Source: Patescibacteria group bacterium (GTDB lineage: Bacteria; Patescibacteriota; Minisyncoccia; Phycocordibacterales; JAKAEA01). Taken from it: a stretch of 64,000 nt of DNA. Below are positions 48,172 through 59,312 of the stretch, piece after piece. The stretch spans positions 189,857 through 253,856 of the forward strand of contig JAZKCY010000001.1 of assembly GCA_040387855.1 (NCBI GenBank). Reading direction: 5' to 3'. Each line of letters opens with the position of its first letter. The stretch's first letter is position 1. The notes below the pieces were generated by a model. That model did not search any database. It saw only the letters and a program-made list of their open reading frames with translations, and was not told the origin of the DNA. Position numbers and translations under genes: made by a program.

Positions 48172-48678
48172 ATGACACTTACTACTCATGCAGTAACAGG
48201 AGCTTTGGTGGGAGCAGTAGCTTCCAGTAATCCTGCTTTTGCTGCGGTAGCGGCATTTGCTAGTCATTTTTTGCTTGATGCGATTCCACATTGGGATTAT
48301 TCTCTTTCTACAGTTTCTGAAGATTCAAAGAATCCACTAAATAACAATATGCAAACTAAGGGAAAGCGCTTTTATGTTGATCTCTCAAAAACTCTTTTTG
48401 ATGCAGTGCTGGGGATGGCTATTGTTATCCTTGTATTTATGAATGCGCCAGTCCAAGTACTAATTGGAGCGCTTATTGGAGCAATCTTTGCTGTTGCTCC
48501 TGATCCTCTCCAATTTGTCTATTGGAAACTTCGTCTTCGTATCTTGGAACCTGTCCAAAAGTTTCATCTTTTTATCCATGCAAAAACACTGCTTAAAGAT
48601 CGACCAGTAATTGGGATTGGTTCACAAATTATCTTAATCATACTAACTGTTCTTGCAGCTCATGCATTGTGGTACTAA
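48172..48678 (+). CDS. hypothetical membrane protein
   Basis: 168 aa with 4 TMs. Confidence 0.4.
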   Translation: MTLTTHAVTGALVGAVASSNPAFAAVAAFASHFLLDAIPHWDYSLSTVSEDSKNPLNNNMQTKGKRFYVDLSKTLFDAVLGMAIVILVFMNAPVQVLIGALIGAIFAVAPDPLQFVYWKLRLRILEPVQKFHLFIHAKTLLKDRPVIGIGSQIILIILTVLAAHALWY

Positions 48679-48721
48679 GCGTAGTATAATGTAAGTTATT
48701 CAAGAGCTAACGTCTTAAATT

Positions 48722-49291
48722 ATGAAGAATGGAATTTTAGTAATTATTGTTTTGTTCATAGTAATAGCTGTGTTGAGTATTATTCTCATGTTTGATATTG
48801 GAAGAAAAGCTCCAGAAAGGTATCTTTCAGTCGCAAATTTTGAGGAGTGTGCAAAAGCAGGATATCCAATAATGGAATCATATCCATCTCGTTGTTCAAC
48901 CCCCGATGGTAAAACGTATACCCAAAACGTAAGCACTTCAACTATTACTATTGCAACATCAACTAAGAGTTCAAATGTACGTATGGCAACTCCACGACCT
49001 GAGGAACTTGTAAAAAGCCCGTTGAAAATTGCTGGATCAGCACGAGGAACATGGTTTTTTGAAGCATCATTCCCAGTTCAGCTTGTAGATGCCAATGGTA
49101 CACTGATTGCTCAAGGTCCAGCAACAGCAAAGGGAGAATGGATGACAACAGATTTTGTGCCATTTGAAGCATCACTTGTGTTTACCAATCCCACAACAGC
49201 CACAGGAACATTAATACTTAAAAAAGATAATCCATCAGGAGATTTGGCTCGAGATGAAGAACATAGAATTCCAATAACCTTTAGTAAATAA
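48722..49291 (+). CDS. hypothetical secreted protein (Ig-like/Gmad2-type C-terminal domain?)
   Basis: 189 aa with a signal anchor; domain assignment is tentative. Confidence 0.4.
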   Translation: MKNGILVIIVLFIVIAVLSIILMFDIGRKAPERYLSVANFEECAKAGYPIMESYPSRCSTPDGKTYTQNVSTSTITIATSTKSSNVRMATPRPEELVKSPLKIAGSARGTWFFEASFPVQLVDANGTLIAQGPATAKGEWMTTDFVPFEASLVFTNPTTATGTLILKKDNPSGDLARDEEHRIPITFSK

Positions 49292-49295
49292 ATTT

Positions 49296-49571
49296 ATGGA
49301 GACACTTATTCACGCAGATATATTCTTTTTTATCACCACAGTTTCACTTGTTGTGATTAGTCTTGGCTTGGTGATCGCTATTATATATCTCATAAAGATA
49401 CTACGAGATATATCTGCAGTTTCACACAAAGTTAAGGATGAAAGTGCTGAAATAATCGCAGACCTCAAACATATTCGTGGTACTATAAAACAGCAAGCTT
49501 TTAGTTTTGGGGGGATAAGTCAGATAATAGGATTGATTTTTCGTCGAAAAAAATCAAAGCGGAATGAATAA
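49296..49571 (+). CDS. hypothetical small membrane protein
   Basis: 91 aa with one TM. Confidence 0.35.
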   Translation: METLIHADIFFFITTVSLVVISLGLVIAIIYLIKILRDISAVSHKVKDESAEIIADLKHIRGTIKQQAFSFGGISQIIGLIFRRKKSKRNE

Positions 49572-49591
49572 TAACCAATAATAATAACGTT

Positions 49592-50044
49592 ATGGAAAAG
49601 AAAACAACACACAAAGGAAGTACCGTTGGGGAGAAAGTGGCAGCTGGACTTGGTCTTGCAGCACTCGCAGCTGCTGCAGCAGGAGCAATATTTTTATATG
49701 GTACAGATGCAGGAAAGAAACGACGAGCTCAAATTAAAAGTTGGTCCCTACGAATGAAAGGTGATGTCATGGACCGTATGGAAAAGATGAAAGATTGGAG
49801 TGAAGAATCTTATTCAGATATTGTAGATACTGTTGCAGAAAAATATAAAAACTTAAAGAATGTAGATGCAGGTGAGCTTTCGGTTATAGTTGCTGATCTC
49901 AAGCGACATTGGAAGACAATTAAAAAACATGTTGAGGGAAACACAAAAAAGAAGCCGTCAGCAGGAGCAAAGGCAAAAGCTAAGCCAAAAGCAAAAAAGA
50001 AAGTAACAGATGTAGAAGTAGTTAAAGAACCAAAGCAGGAATAA
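49592..50044 (+). CDS. hypothetical protein with an N-terminal TM and a Lys/Ala-rich histone-H1-like tail
   Basis: C-terminal AGAKAKAKPKAKKKV. Confidence 0.45.
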   Translation: MEKKTTHKGSTVGEKVAAGLGLAALAAAAAGAIFLYGTDAGKKRRAQIKSWSLRMKGDVMDRMEKMKDWSEESYSDIVDTVAEKYKNLKNVDAGELSVIVADLKRHWKTIKKHVEGNTKKKPSAGAKAKAKPKAKKKVTDVEVVKEPKQE

Positions 50045-50065
50045 GTTTTCTTAAAAAATAATAAG

Positions 50066-50098
50066 AGCTCATGCAGATCATGCATGAGCTTTTGTTTT
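50066..50098 (+). terminator. strong intrinsic terminator
   Basis: Perfect 10-bp stem AGCTCATGCA-GATCA-TGCATGAGCT followed by TTTTGTTTT. Confidence 0.55.
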
Positions 50099-50117
50099 AG
50101 TTAAAAATCAACCAAAT

Positions 50118-50250
50118 AAAGAACCCTGGAGTTCAAGCGTTGCTGCGGGGTGCTTAGCAACGCGAACGTCAACAGGGTTCGTGTTTTAAGGTGATGCAGG
50201 CCTCTCGGAAAAACCTGCACCACCCGGGAGGCGGGCATCAAGATCAAACG
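50118..50250 (+). other. GC-rich multi-hairpin element (nested inverted repeats), candidate ncRNA or cis-regulatory leader
   Basis: Nested inverted repeats GAACCCTG/CAGGGTTC enclosing CGTTGCT/AGCAACG, followed by a TGCAGG...CCTGCA hairpin and a CCCGGG palindrome. GC content is far above the flanks. Confidence 0.35.
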
Positions 50251-50298
50251 ATCTGCTCAATACTTTACACTTATAAAATAATTTGTCAATATAGCTTA

Positions 50299-51051
50299 AT
50301 GAAACAAAACACCTCATGGGGCAACGTTGCTGATTGGTATGCTGCTTTACTCAAAGATCCAGATAACTATCAATCACAGGTCATTTTGCCCAACCTAGTA
50401 CGTGTTATGGACGTTAAACCAACTCACACGGTACTTGATCTAGCGTGTGGTACTGGTTTCTTTTCAGAAGTCTTCTGTTCTCAAGGGGGAAAGGTGATTG
50501 GTGTCGATATTTCACCTGAACTTATTGAAATTGCAAAAGCTCATGCTTCAAAAGACATCTCATTTTCCGTATCGCAAGCTCATAAGCTTCCAATGATAGA
50601 ATCGGGAACAGTGGATTCTATTGCTATCGTATTAGCACTGCAAAATATTAAAGAAGCAAAAGAAACACTTACAGAATGTTTTCGGGTATTAAAGCCGGGA
50701 GGTAAAGTGTGTATAGTGCTCAATCATCCTGCATATAGAATTCCAACCGCATCTAGCTGGGAATGGGATGAGAAAAATAATAAGCAGTTTAGACGGATTG
50801 ATCAGTATCTTTCAGAAAAATCTGTAGAGATCGCCATGCATCCAGGTGCAAAGCCACATGAGAAGACTGTGTCATTTCATCGACCACTTCAGTTTTATGT
50901 AAAAGCTGCACGAGCTTCAGGATTTGTTATTACGCGACTGGAAGAATGGATTTCACATAAGGCTTCACAAAAGGGACCTCGACAGCAGGAAGAAGACCGA
51001 ATTAGAAAAGAGATACCATTGTTTATGCTCCTTGAATGTACGAAATTATAA
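50299..51051 (+). CDS. class I SAM-dependent methyltransferase (type 11-like)
   Basis: Motif I VLDLACGTGFFS. The start is placed at MKQNTSW because the longer ORF from 50191 runs through the GC-rich hairpin element. Confidence 0.7.
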   Translation: MKQNTSWGNVADWYAALLKDPDNYQSQVILPNLVRVMDVKPTHTVLDLACGTGFFSEVFCSQGGKVIGVDISPELIEIAKAHASKDISFSVSQAHKLPMIESGTVDSIAIVLALQNIKEAKETLTECFRVLKPGGKVCIVLNHPAYRIPTASSWEWDEKNNKQFRRIDQYLSEKSVEIAMHPGAKPHEKTVSFHRPLQFYVKAARASGFVITRLEEWISHKASQKGPRQQEEDRIRKEIPLFMLLECTKL

Positions 51052-51076
51052 TCACACGGTATACTATACGTACTCT

Positions 51077-51304
51077 ATGAACCACGAAAAACATTATGTA
51101 TGCAGTGAGTGCGGAAATGTATCTAAGAATCCTGGCACATGCCAAATTGATGATTGCACTCAGCAAGGTGTAGCATTACACGAATGCCATTGTAAAAACA
51201 ATAAACACGAGAGCATAGTAAATCAATTTAAATCTTCAGATGAAAATCAAGAGGCAGAAGGTTCAAAAATAAATCTTTTAGATCTCGACTCGCCAAATCC
51301 ATAA
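51077..51304 (+). CDS. small Cys-rich (zinc-ribbon-like) protein
   Basis: 75 aa with CSEC...C...C and CHC spacing. The start is at MNHEKHY; the longer ORF overlaps the MTase 3' end. Confidence 0.35.
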   Translation: MNHEKHYVCSECGNVSKNPGTCQIDDCTQQGVALHECHCKNNKHESIVNQFKSSDENQEAEGSKINLLDLDSPNP

Positions 51305-51321
51305 GAAACAAAAAAGAATCC

Positions 51322-52500
51322 CTAGAGGATTCTTTTTGCTTTTATGCTTCGCAGTTTATAACTAAATATAGTTCCTATAGATAACGTAATTCCAGTAAAC
51401 AAGAACAGATAATTTATTGGAAGGGTAGTAATAAATAGTTGGATAGTTAATGGAATAACTATGTAAGCCAGAGGACCAGTCATTTTATTTACACTAATAA
51501 GCCCAACATCTTGGTCAGAAATTCGAAGGAAGAATGCGTAGTCACTAGCGACTTCTACGAAGCTTGCACCCATTCGTGAGAAAAAGAGGAGCAGCATCCA
51601 GGTGGCAATACTTGTTGATGTTACTGAAAACATAAGAACTGTAGCAAGAGCCATAATTATAAATCCAACGATGAGGGTGTCTTTTTCTGTGTGCATTGCA
51701 TCAAACATTCGGCCAAGCGGCGCTTCAAAAATAACAAATGGAATAAGCATCACGGTAAAGATCGCACCAATAGATTGCCAATCAAATCCAATCACATTGT
51801 GAAGATAGAGTGGTGTATAAATAACCATCACAGCATAAAAGCTTTGAAGCAAAAAATTTATAATAAATATTCTGCAAAGATCTTTATGCTTTAAAAACGT
51901 ACGAACACTTTCTAGGAAGTTTACTTCTTTTAATTCGCGGGTACGAATAGTACGGAAGCTCTCTACAGTAATAAAAAGAAAAAGAGCACACAAAAGCGCA
52001 GAAATTAAATAGATTACTTGATACGAGCTTACCGAAATAATCTTTCCTACTATAAGGGGGGAGATAACAAAGGCAAGGTTCATCGAGGTTAGATACATTG
52101 ATCTAATTCGTCCAATCGAAGCTTGTGTGCGGAGAGTCCCTTCTAGAAACACATCTAATCCCATGAGTAGCAAGGGTGGAAGTGCCTGATGAATTATGAA
52201 GAAAAATTTAATGAGTGCGGGATCTCGCGTTGCAAAAAGGCCGAGAAGGGAAATGATTTCTGCAAATATAACCGCTATGATTACTCTGAAATTACCAAAT
52301 CGTTTAATTAAACTTGTACTAATTATAAACGCAATAAGAGTTAGAATAGCTCCGGATGTATAGAGATAACTAATAGTACGCTCACTAAAATATTCACTCA
52401 GGAAGTTTGAGTTTATATAGATAGTGAAACTGTAGTGGAGAGCTAATATAAGCGCGCCGAGATAAATAAATTTTAATCTCGAAGAAACATAACGTGGCAT
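51322..52500 (-). CDS. MFS-type transporter
   Basis: 392 aa with about 12 TMs and an MFS-like loop between TM6 and TM7. Confidence 0.65.
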   Translation of the reverse strand: MPRYVSSRLKFIYLGALILALHYSFTIYINSNFLSEYFSERTISYLYTSGAILTLIAFIISTSLIKRFGNFRVIIAVIFAEIISLLGLFATRDPALIKFFFIIHQALPPLLLMGLDVFLEGTLRTQASIGRIRSMYLTSMNLAFVISPLIVGKIISVSSYQVIYLISALLCALFLFITVESFRTIRTRELKEVNFLESVRTFLKHKDLCRIFIINFLLQSFYAVMVIYTPLYLHNVIGFDWQSIGAIFTVMLIPFVIFEAPLGRMFDAMHTEKDTLIVGFIIMALATVLMFSVTSTSIATWMLLLFFSRMGASFVEVASDYAFFLRISDQDVGLISVNKMTGPLAYIVIPLTIQLFITTLPINYLFLFTGITLSIGTIFSYKLRSIKAKRIL

Positions 52501-52578
52501 GTGCTTTATTATATCAGGCTCTGCTTATTTAAGACTGTTGATAAAACACCCTGTACCATTTGGTACAGGGTGTTTTAT

Positions 52579-54516
52579 TTAGACTCCGAGTAATACTGGG
52601 ATTACGATCGGTCGTTTATTTGTTTGCTGGAAGAGATACTTAGAGACATTATCTGATACAACTTGTTTTACATAATCAAAGTTGATTGGATGCTGTCCTG
52701 CAATACTTTCTTCAATTGTTTTCTTGATGATGTATCGAGTCTGCTGGAGAAGATCTTGTGATTCTCTAAGATACACGAATCCTCGAGAGATAATATCTGG
52801 ACTCTTCTTGAGTTTTCCGGTGGCAGTGTTAATAGATGCAATGAGGACAAACATTCCGTCTTGTGCCAGCATTTGTCGATCTCGAATCACCACTTCCTGA
52901 ATGTCTCCAACTGAGAACCCGTCTACAAGAACCATCCCTGATGGAGCTTTTTCCTTTAGTCGAACAAGCTTAGTTCCTTCGTCTCGGATTTCAACAATTG
53001 TTCCGTTGTCGGGCACAATCATATTTTCTTCTGGCATTCCTAGAGATTCCGCAAGATCTGCATGGAGCTTCAATCGGTAGTGGTTGCCGTGTACGGGCAT
53101 GAAGAACTTTGGATTTACTTTCTTAAACATCCATTCAAGTTCACCCTTGTTTCCGTGACCAGATCCGTGAATATACACATCTGATGTTCGGTAGTGAATA
53201 ATTTTTGCACCTTGTCGAGCAAGATTGTCTTTGAGTTTTTCTACGGCCTTTTCGTTACCAGGAATAATAGATGATGAAAGAAGAACTGTGTCTCGATTTG
53301 AAAGCTTCACATTCTTGTGTGAACGGTTACTGATTCGCATAAGGGCTGCAAATTCTTCTCCTTGAGCACCTGTTGCAAGCATAATGATTCGATCAGGTGG
53401 ATATGATTCCATGTCCTGAACATTGATGATTGTGCCTTTCTTTACTTTGAGCATGCCGGCAAGGGTAGCGATTTCAATGTTTGTCTTCATTGATCGTCCT
53501 TCCATGACAACTTTCTTTCCTAGCTTTTCTGCGATTTCAATGATCTTAATCATTCGTTCCATTTGAGATGCAAATGTTCCAATGATCAATCGTCCTTTAA
53601 TATTTCGAATGATTTCTTCGAGGTTTTTGTGAACTAGTTTTTCTGGGGTAGAGAAGCCAGGGTTTTCAATGTTGGTAGAGTCGTTCATCATGAATAAAAT
53701 ATTCATGTCTTTAAACTTGTCGTACTCATTGGTTTCAGCTTCTGTAGGAATTGTATCAGTGTGATCAAGCTTTGGATCTCCTGGGTTCACAATATTTCCG
53801 TACGGAGTTTCAATGATCACTCCCATAGAATCTGGAATAGTGTGAGTCACTGCAAAAAACTTAACGGTAAGTTTCCCAATCTGAACATGTGAATCTTTTT
53901 CAACAATTCGGATATCAAGAGGATCAAGCTGAGGAAATTCTTCCTGTCGCTTTTTGATCATAAGCGCTGTAAGGTTTCGTGTGTAAATTGGGGGATTACC
54001 AATTCGAGGCATGATGTAAGGAATTCCTCCTGTGTGATCAAGGTGACCGTGAGTGATGATCACTGCGCGGATCTTATCTTTTCGATCTTCAATATATTTT
54101 GTATTTGGAAGAATATAGTCGATACCTGGTGTGTCTTCTTCTTGAAATTGGAAACCAAGGTCAATAACAATGATGTCATCATTGAATTCAACCATCATAC
54201 AGTTCTGACCAATCTGTTCTACACCTCCAAGTGGAATAACTCGAATAGTATTTGGTGCGAGTGGGGGAATGGCAATTGAGTCTGATTTCTTTGCAAATGG
54301 TCGAGCATCAGGCTTTTGCATACTTCGAGGTGAATGATCTCGGTGTGGTCGATCACGTCGATTAGTTCGTGGTTTATGTGCCGGAGAATTAGTTGGATTA
54401 GTTCCAAATGCCTTTCGGTCTGCGCTGAAAGTTCGGGTTCTATTTTGATATGGTCTTTGGTTTTGTGCTGGTGCTGGTTGTGCTTGAGGCTGAGATTGTG
54501 GGTTTTCTGGATTCAT
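52579..54516 (-). CDS. rnj: ribonuclease J (metallo-beta-lactamase/beta-CASP) with an N-terminal low-complexity extension
   Basis: HGHLDHTGG motif, beta-CASP region, ~645 aa. The first ~90 aa are P/Q/R-rich. Confidence 0.85.
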   Translation of the reverse strand: MNPENPQSQPQAQPAPAQNQRPYQNRTRTFSADRKAFGTNPTNSPAHKPRTNRRDRPHRDHSPRSMQKPDARPFAKKSDSIAIPPLAPNTIRVIPLGGVEQIGQNCMMVEFNDDIIVIDLGFQFQEEDTPGIDYILPNTKYIEDRKDKIRAVIITHGHLDHTGGIPYIMPRIGNPPIYTRNLTALMIKKRQEEFPQLDPLDIRIVEKDSHVQIGKLTVKFFAVTHTIPDSMGVIIETPYGNIVNPGDPKLDHTDTIPTEAETNEYDKFKDMNILFMMNDSTNIENPGFSTPEKLVHKNLEEIIRNIKGRLIIGTFASQMERMIKIIEIAEKLGKKVVMEGRSMKTNIEIATLAGMLKVKKGTIINVQDMESYPPDRIIMLATGAQGEEFAALMRISNRSHKNVKLSNRDTVLLSSSIIPGNEKAVEKLKDNLARQGAKIIHYRTSDVYIHGSGHGNKGELEWMFKKVNPKFFMPVHGNHYRLKLHADLAESLGMPEENMIVPDNGTIVEIRDEGTKLVRLKEKAPSGMVLVDGFSVGDIQEVVIRDRQMLAQDGMFVLIASINTATGKLKKSPDIISRGFVYLRESQDLLQQTRYIIKKTIEESIAGQHPINFDYVKQVVSDNVSKYLFQQTNKRPIVIPVLLGV

Positions 54517-54552
54517 AAGTATTATTAATTTCTTCTAATTGGTTATTTTTGC

Positions 54553-56304
54553 TTATTTTGATGTAAAGACTTCCCAGACTTTGTCGGTACCTATATACCA
54601 ATCAAGAATAGTACTAAATCGTTCACTCGGTGATGAAACTTGATTCAACTGCAATCCTTTTATATTCGGTGAAGTGACGTAAATAAAGCTTGGAGAATAG
54701 AGGAATACTGCCGGTATATCTTTTCGTATTTCTTCGTCGAATCCTTTGTATACATCAAGCCGTGTTGCTCGATCGGGAATTTGGCGAATCATCTCAAGTG
54801 CTTTATCTGCTTTTGTATTTTGATACATAGCAACGTTCAATCCTGGATCCTGTCGTTCTTTCGAATGCCAGAATGCATACAAATCAAGCTCTCTGTTTAC
54901 TACCTGTCCAAATAGCAATGCATCATACTTTCTAGGCTTGATAACATTTTGATTCAAATATCCACCTTCAATGACTTTGACTGAAACTTGTGCTCCTAAT
55001 TTTTGCCATTCAGTTTTAACTTTTTCAGCTACGTCCTTAAGTTCAGGAGCGTCTGATGTTGAAATTGAGAATGAAAGAGGAACAGTATCTTTACCGATCT
55101 TTTTTTCCCGGATGCCCTCAGTAGTAAGAGTCCAGCCGTTTTTTTCAAGAAGAGTTATTGCTTCATTGAGAGAGGCTGATGTATAGAGAGGGTCACGAGG
55201 GGAATCAATATCACTAGTAAAGCTTTTTGGAGCCGCGCTGTCAAGTGCTGTGCCAAATCCGTGAAGCGTACTATTGATAATAGCATCACGATCAATACTC
55301 ATATTTAATGCCTGTCGGACTTCAAGTTCGGCCAATGCTTTGTTTGCTTCTTGATTAAAAAACACTGCAAATACACGTGGAAGTGATCCTGTAGTTACAG
55401 TCTTTCCTGCGACTTTAAGATCTGCAGCGACATCAGGAGAAATACTGTTTATATTATCTACATCACCAGCTTTAAATGCATCAATCATGCTTTTCTCTGA
55501 TGTATAAAATTTAACAACAAGAGTTTTAATATATGGGGTACCACGAACATACCGATCAAAAGCTTCAAGATCATACGCCATAGGTACGCCATTGTCGTTT
55601 CGTTCTACCGATCCGATCTTATATGGTCCAGAGCCAATAGGTTCAACATTGAGATCACTTGCTATAAAGCTTTCTCCTTCTGCTCCTTGCCACAAATGTT
55701 GAGGCAAAATACCCATAGTTGTATTTTCAATAAATGCTGCGAATGGCTGCTTTAAAGTGAACTTCACTTCAAGGTCACTTATTTTTTCAACGACAACCCC
55801 ATCCCAGTTTGCTCGTTTATTGCTTTTGATTGCTGGATCCTGTGCTTTTGAAATTGTGAAAAGTACGTCATCAGCAGTTACAGGTGTCCCATCATGAAAG
55901 ACTGCAGTATTTCGTAATTTAAAAGAATAGACTTTTCCATCTGCAGAAACAGAATATGTTTCGGCAAGATCAGGAACAAATTCTCCTGTTGGATTTATTC
56001 TAAGTAATCCGGAATATACTAATGCAGATAAATCTTTATCTCCATCAGTTACAGAAAGAAGGGGATTAATAAAACGAGGAAGACCTACAACTCCTTCTGT
56101 GATTCTTCCTCCACGACTAGGTATCTCAACCATGTATGCACTATTTACTTGCAAAAGCATGGCAATAGATGACACTGAAAAGAGTGCTATTAAACTTCCT
56201 AAGAATATTTTTCCGGTAAGAGAAAGTGATGAAACAACTTTCTCAATACGACGCGTAAATGGTAAACGGAAATGCCTTGAGGGCACGAATGGTTTATCGT
56301 TCAC
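54553..56304 (-). CDS. ABC transporter substrate-binding protein, family 5 (oligopeptide/nickel type)
   Basis: 583 aa with a signal anchor and an SBP_bac_5-like architecture. Confidence 0.75.
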   Translation of the reverse strand: MNDKPFVPSRHFRLPFTRRIEKVVSSLSLTGKIFLGSLIALFSVSSIAMLLQVNSAYMVEIPSRGGRITEGVVGLPRFINPLLSVTDGDKDLSALVYSGLLRINPTGEFVPDLAETYSVSADGKVYSFKLRNTAVFHDGTPVTADDVLFTISKAQDPAIKSNKRANWDGVVVEKISDLEVKFTLKQPFAAFIENTTMGILPQHLWQGAEGESFIASDLNVEPIGSGPYKIGSVERNDNGVPMAYDLEAFDRYVRGTPYIKTLVVKFYTSEKSMIDAFKAGDVDNINSISPDVAADLKVAGKTVTTGSLPRVFAVFFNQEANKALAELEVRQALNMSIDRDAIINSTLHGFGTALDSAAPKSFTSDIDSPRDPLYTSASLNEAITLLEKNGWTLTTEGIREKKIGKDTVPLSFSISTSDAPELKDVAEKVKTEWQKLGAQVSVKVIEGGYLNQNVIKPRKYDALLFGQVVNRELDLYAFWHSKERQDPGLNVAMYQNTKADKALEMIRQIPDRATRLDVYKGFDEEIRKDIPAVFLYSPSFIYVTSPNIKGLQLNQVSSPSERFSTILDWYIGTDKVWEVFTSK

Positions 56305-56326
56305 AATATGTAGATGTTAGCTTTTA

Positions 56327-56569
56327 TTATCGAGCAATGAGCGCAATAAGCGATGATGCAGCAAAAAGGATTGCAACGACAATAGTAGATATGAAGATAA
56401 CTCTCTCCATTCCTCGTCGTGTGTGGGCTGGGGCGTTTAGGTTTTCGCCACCTCCAAACGCGCTACCTAGATCGGCTTCTGACTGTTGTAGAAGGACAAG
56501 GATAATTAAAAGCGCAGAAAGGATTATCTGGAGATACGGTAATATCGGGATGATGATGCTCATGGGCAA
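56327..56569 (-). CDS. secG: preprotein translocase subunit SecG
   Basis: 80 aa with two TMs and the SecG-like pattern LLQQSEADLGSAFGGG. Confidence 0.65.
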   Translation of the reverse strand: MPMSIIIPILPYLQIILSALLIILVLLQQSEADLGSAFGGGENLNAPAHTRRGMERVIFISTIVVAILFAASSLIALIAR

Positions 56570-56624
56570 TACTATATCATGACTTAGGAATTGTGCAATG
56601 GGTAATGTATGTTATATTTTTCGT

Positions 56625-56924
56625 ATGAAAAAGAAAATCCAACCGCTCGGTGATCGAGTCCTTGTGCGACCAATCGTAGAGAATGAGTCAGGGAAGACCG
56701 CGTCTGGGATCTACTTGCCTGATGCTGCACGAAAAGAACAATCTGGAGAAGGGGAAATCATTGCTGTAGGAGAAGGACGATATGAAAACGGTGTACTCAT
56801 CCCTATGAATGTAAAAATTGGTGATAAAGTGTTGTTTTCAAAATATGCCTATGAAGAAGTAAAGATAGATGGAGAAGACTATTACATTTTTAAATTAGAA
56901 AACATTTTAGCTGTAATTAAATAA
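56625..56924 (+). CDS. groES: co-chaperonin GroES
   Basis: [16 protein letters not shown]...; immediately upstream of groEL. Internal Met chosen as the start. Confidence 0.85.
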   Translation: MKKKIQPLGDRVLVRPIVENESGKTASGIYLPDAARKEQSGEGEIIAVGEGRYENGVLIPMNVKIGDKVLFSKYAYEEVKIDGEDYYIFKLENILAVIK

Positions 56925-58571
<1,647 letters not shown>

Positions 58572-58592
58572 ATATAGTATAATTAATGCACG

Positions 58593-59270
58593 ATGGCTTT
58601 TGAAACTCCACAGGAGAATAATTTTGGTGAAAAATTATATTCACCTCGAGATATTGATGGGAATAAAAACAGTGAAATTATAGAGCAGGTCCGTGATCTT
58701 GAAGAACGACTTACTCCGTACCCATGGTTTATTGGGGTCTCTCCGTTTGGTTCAACGATGAAAGGATATAGTAATGAAGAATCAGATCTGGATGTAAGGA
58801 TTTTGTATGATGAGCCTATACTTAAGACATCTGATGATCTTGAATTGTATAGAAATATGAATGAATGGGCAGCGCAGTTTAAAGGTAAAACAGGAAGAGA
58901 TTTAAATGTGCTTTTAGAACCGATTGATTCTAATAGAGTACGTGAGTATTTTACTATTATTAAAAATAGATCATTCGCTCCCATTCCTTCTGAATTAGTA
59001 AATATGTGTAAGATGACAACTGGGCATGTGATTGATGCCTATCGCTCATCAATGGTTGCAGGATTTTCTATGCTTGGAGATAAACAAAAAGATTTTGTTT
59101 TGTCCGGGCTTCTGAATGAATTTAAACGTGATGAGTATGCATCACTCGAAAAATTTAAAAATAGAGTGGATTCAAAAAATCACCAAGAATATTTTCAAGA
59201 AAGAATGGAACTTTGGAAACATAGAATAGAAGAAGTGTTTCAGTATACTCCAGCTCGGTGGGATTATTAG
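58593..59270 (+). CDS. nucleotidyltransferase-domain protein (Pol beta superfamily)
   Basis: GVSPFGSTMKGYSNEESDLDVRIL, i.e. the GS-x9-DxD motif. Confidence 0.5.
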   Translation: MAFETPQENNFGEKLYSPRDIDGNKNSEIIEQVRDLEERLTPYPWFIGVSPFGSTMKGYSNEESDLDVRILYDEPILKTSDDLELYRNMNEWAAQFKGKTGRDLNVLLEPIDSNRVREYFTIIKNRSFAPIPSELVNMCKMTTGHVIDAYRSSMVAGFSMLGDKQKDFVLSGLLNEFKRDEYASLEKFKNRVDSKNHQEYFQERMELWKHRIEEVFQYTPARWDY

Positions 59271-59312
59271 GATCTGTTACATTCGCCCTTATTTTTCGTA
59301 TATACTGTATAT

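Noticed and set aside
50140-50230. Bacterial SRP (4.5S) RNA as the identity of the hairpin element
   Set aside because: CAGG and GGAA elements are present, but the conserved AGCAG strand of the domain IV symmetric loop is absent. The resemblance is insufficient.
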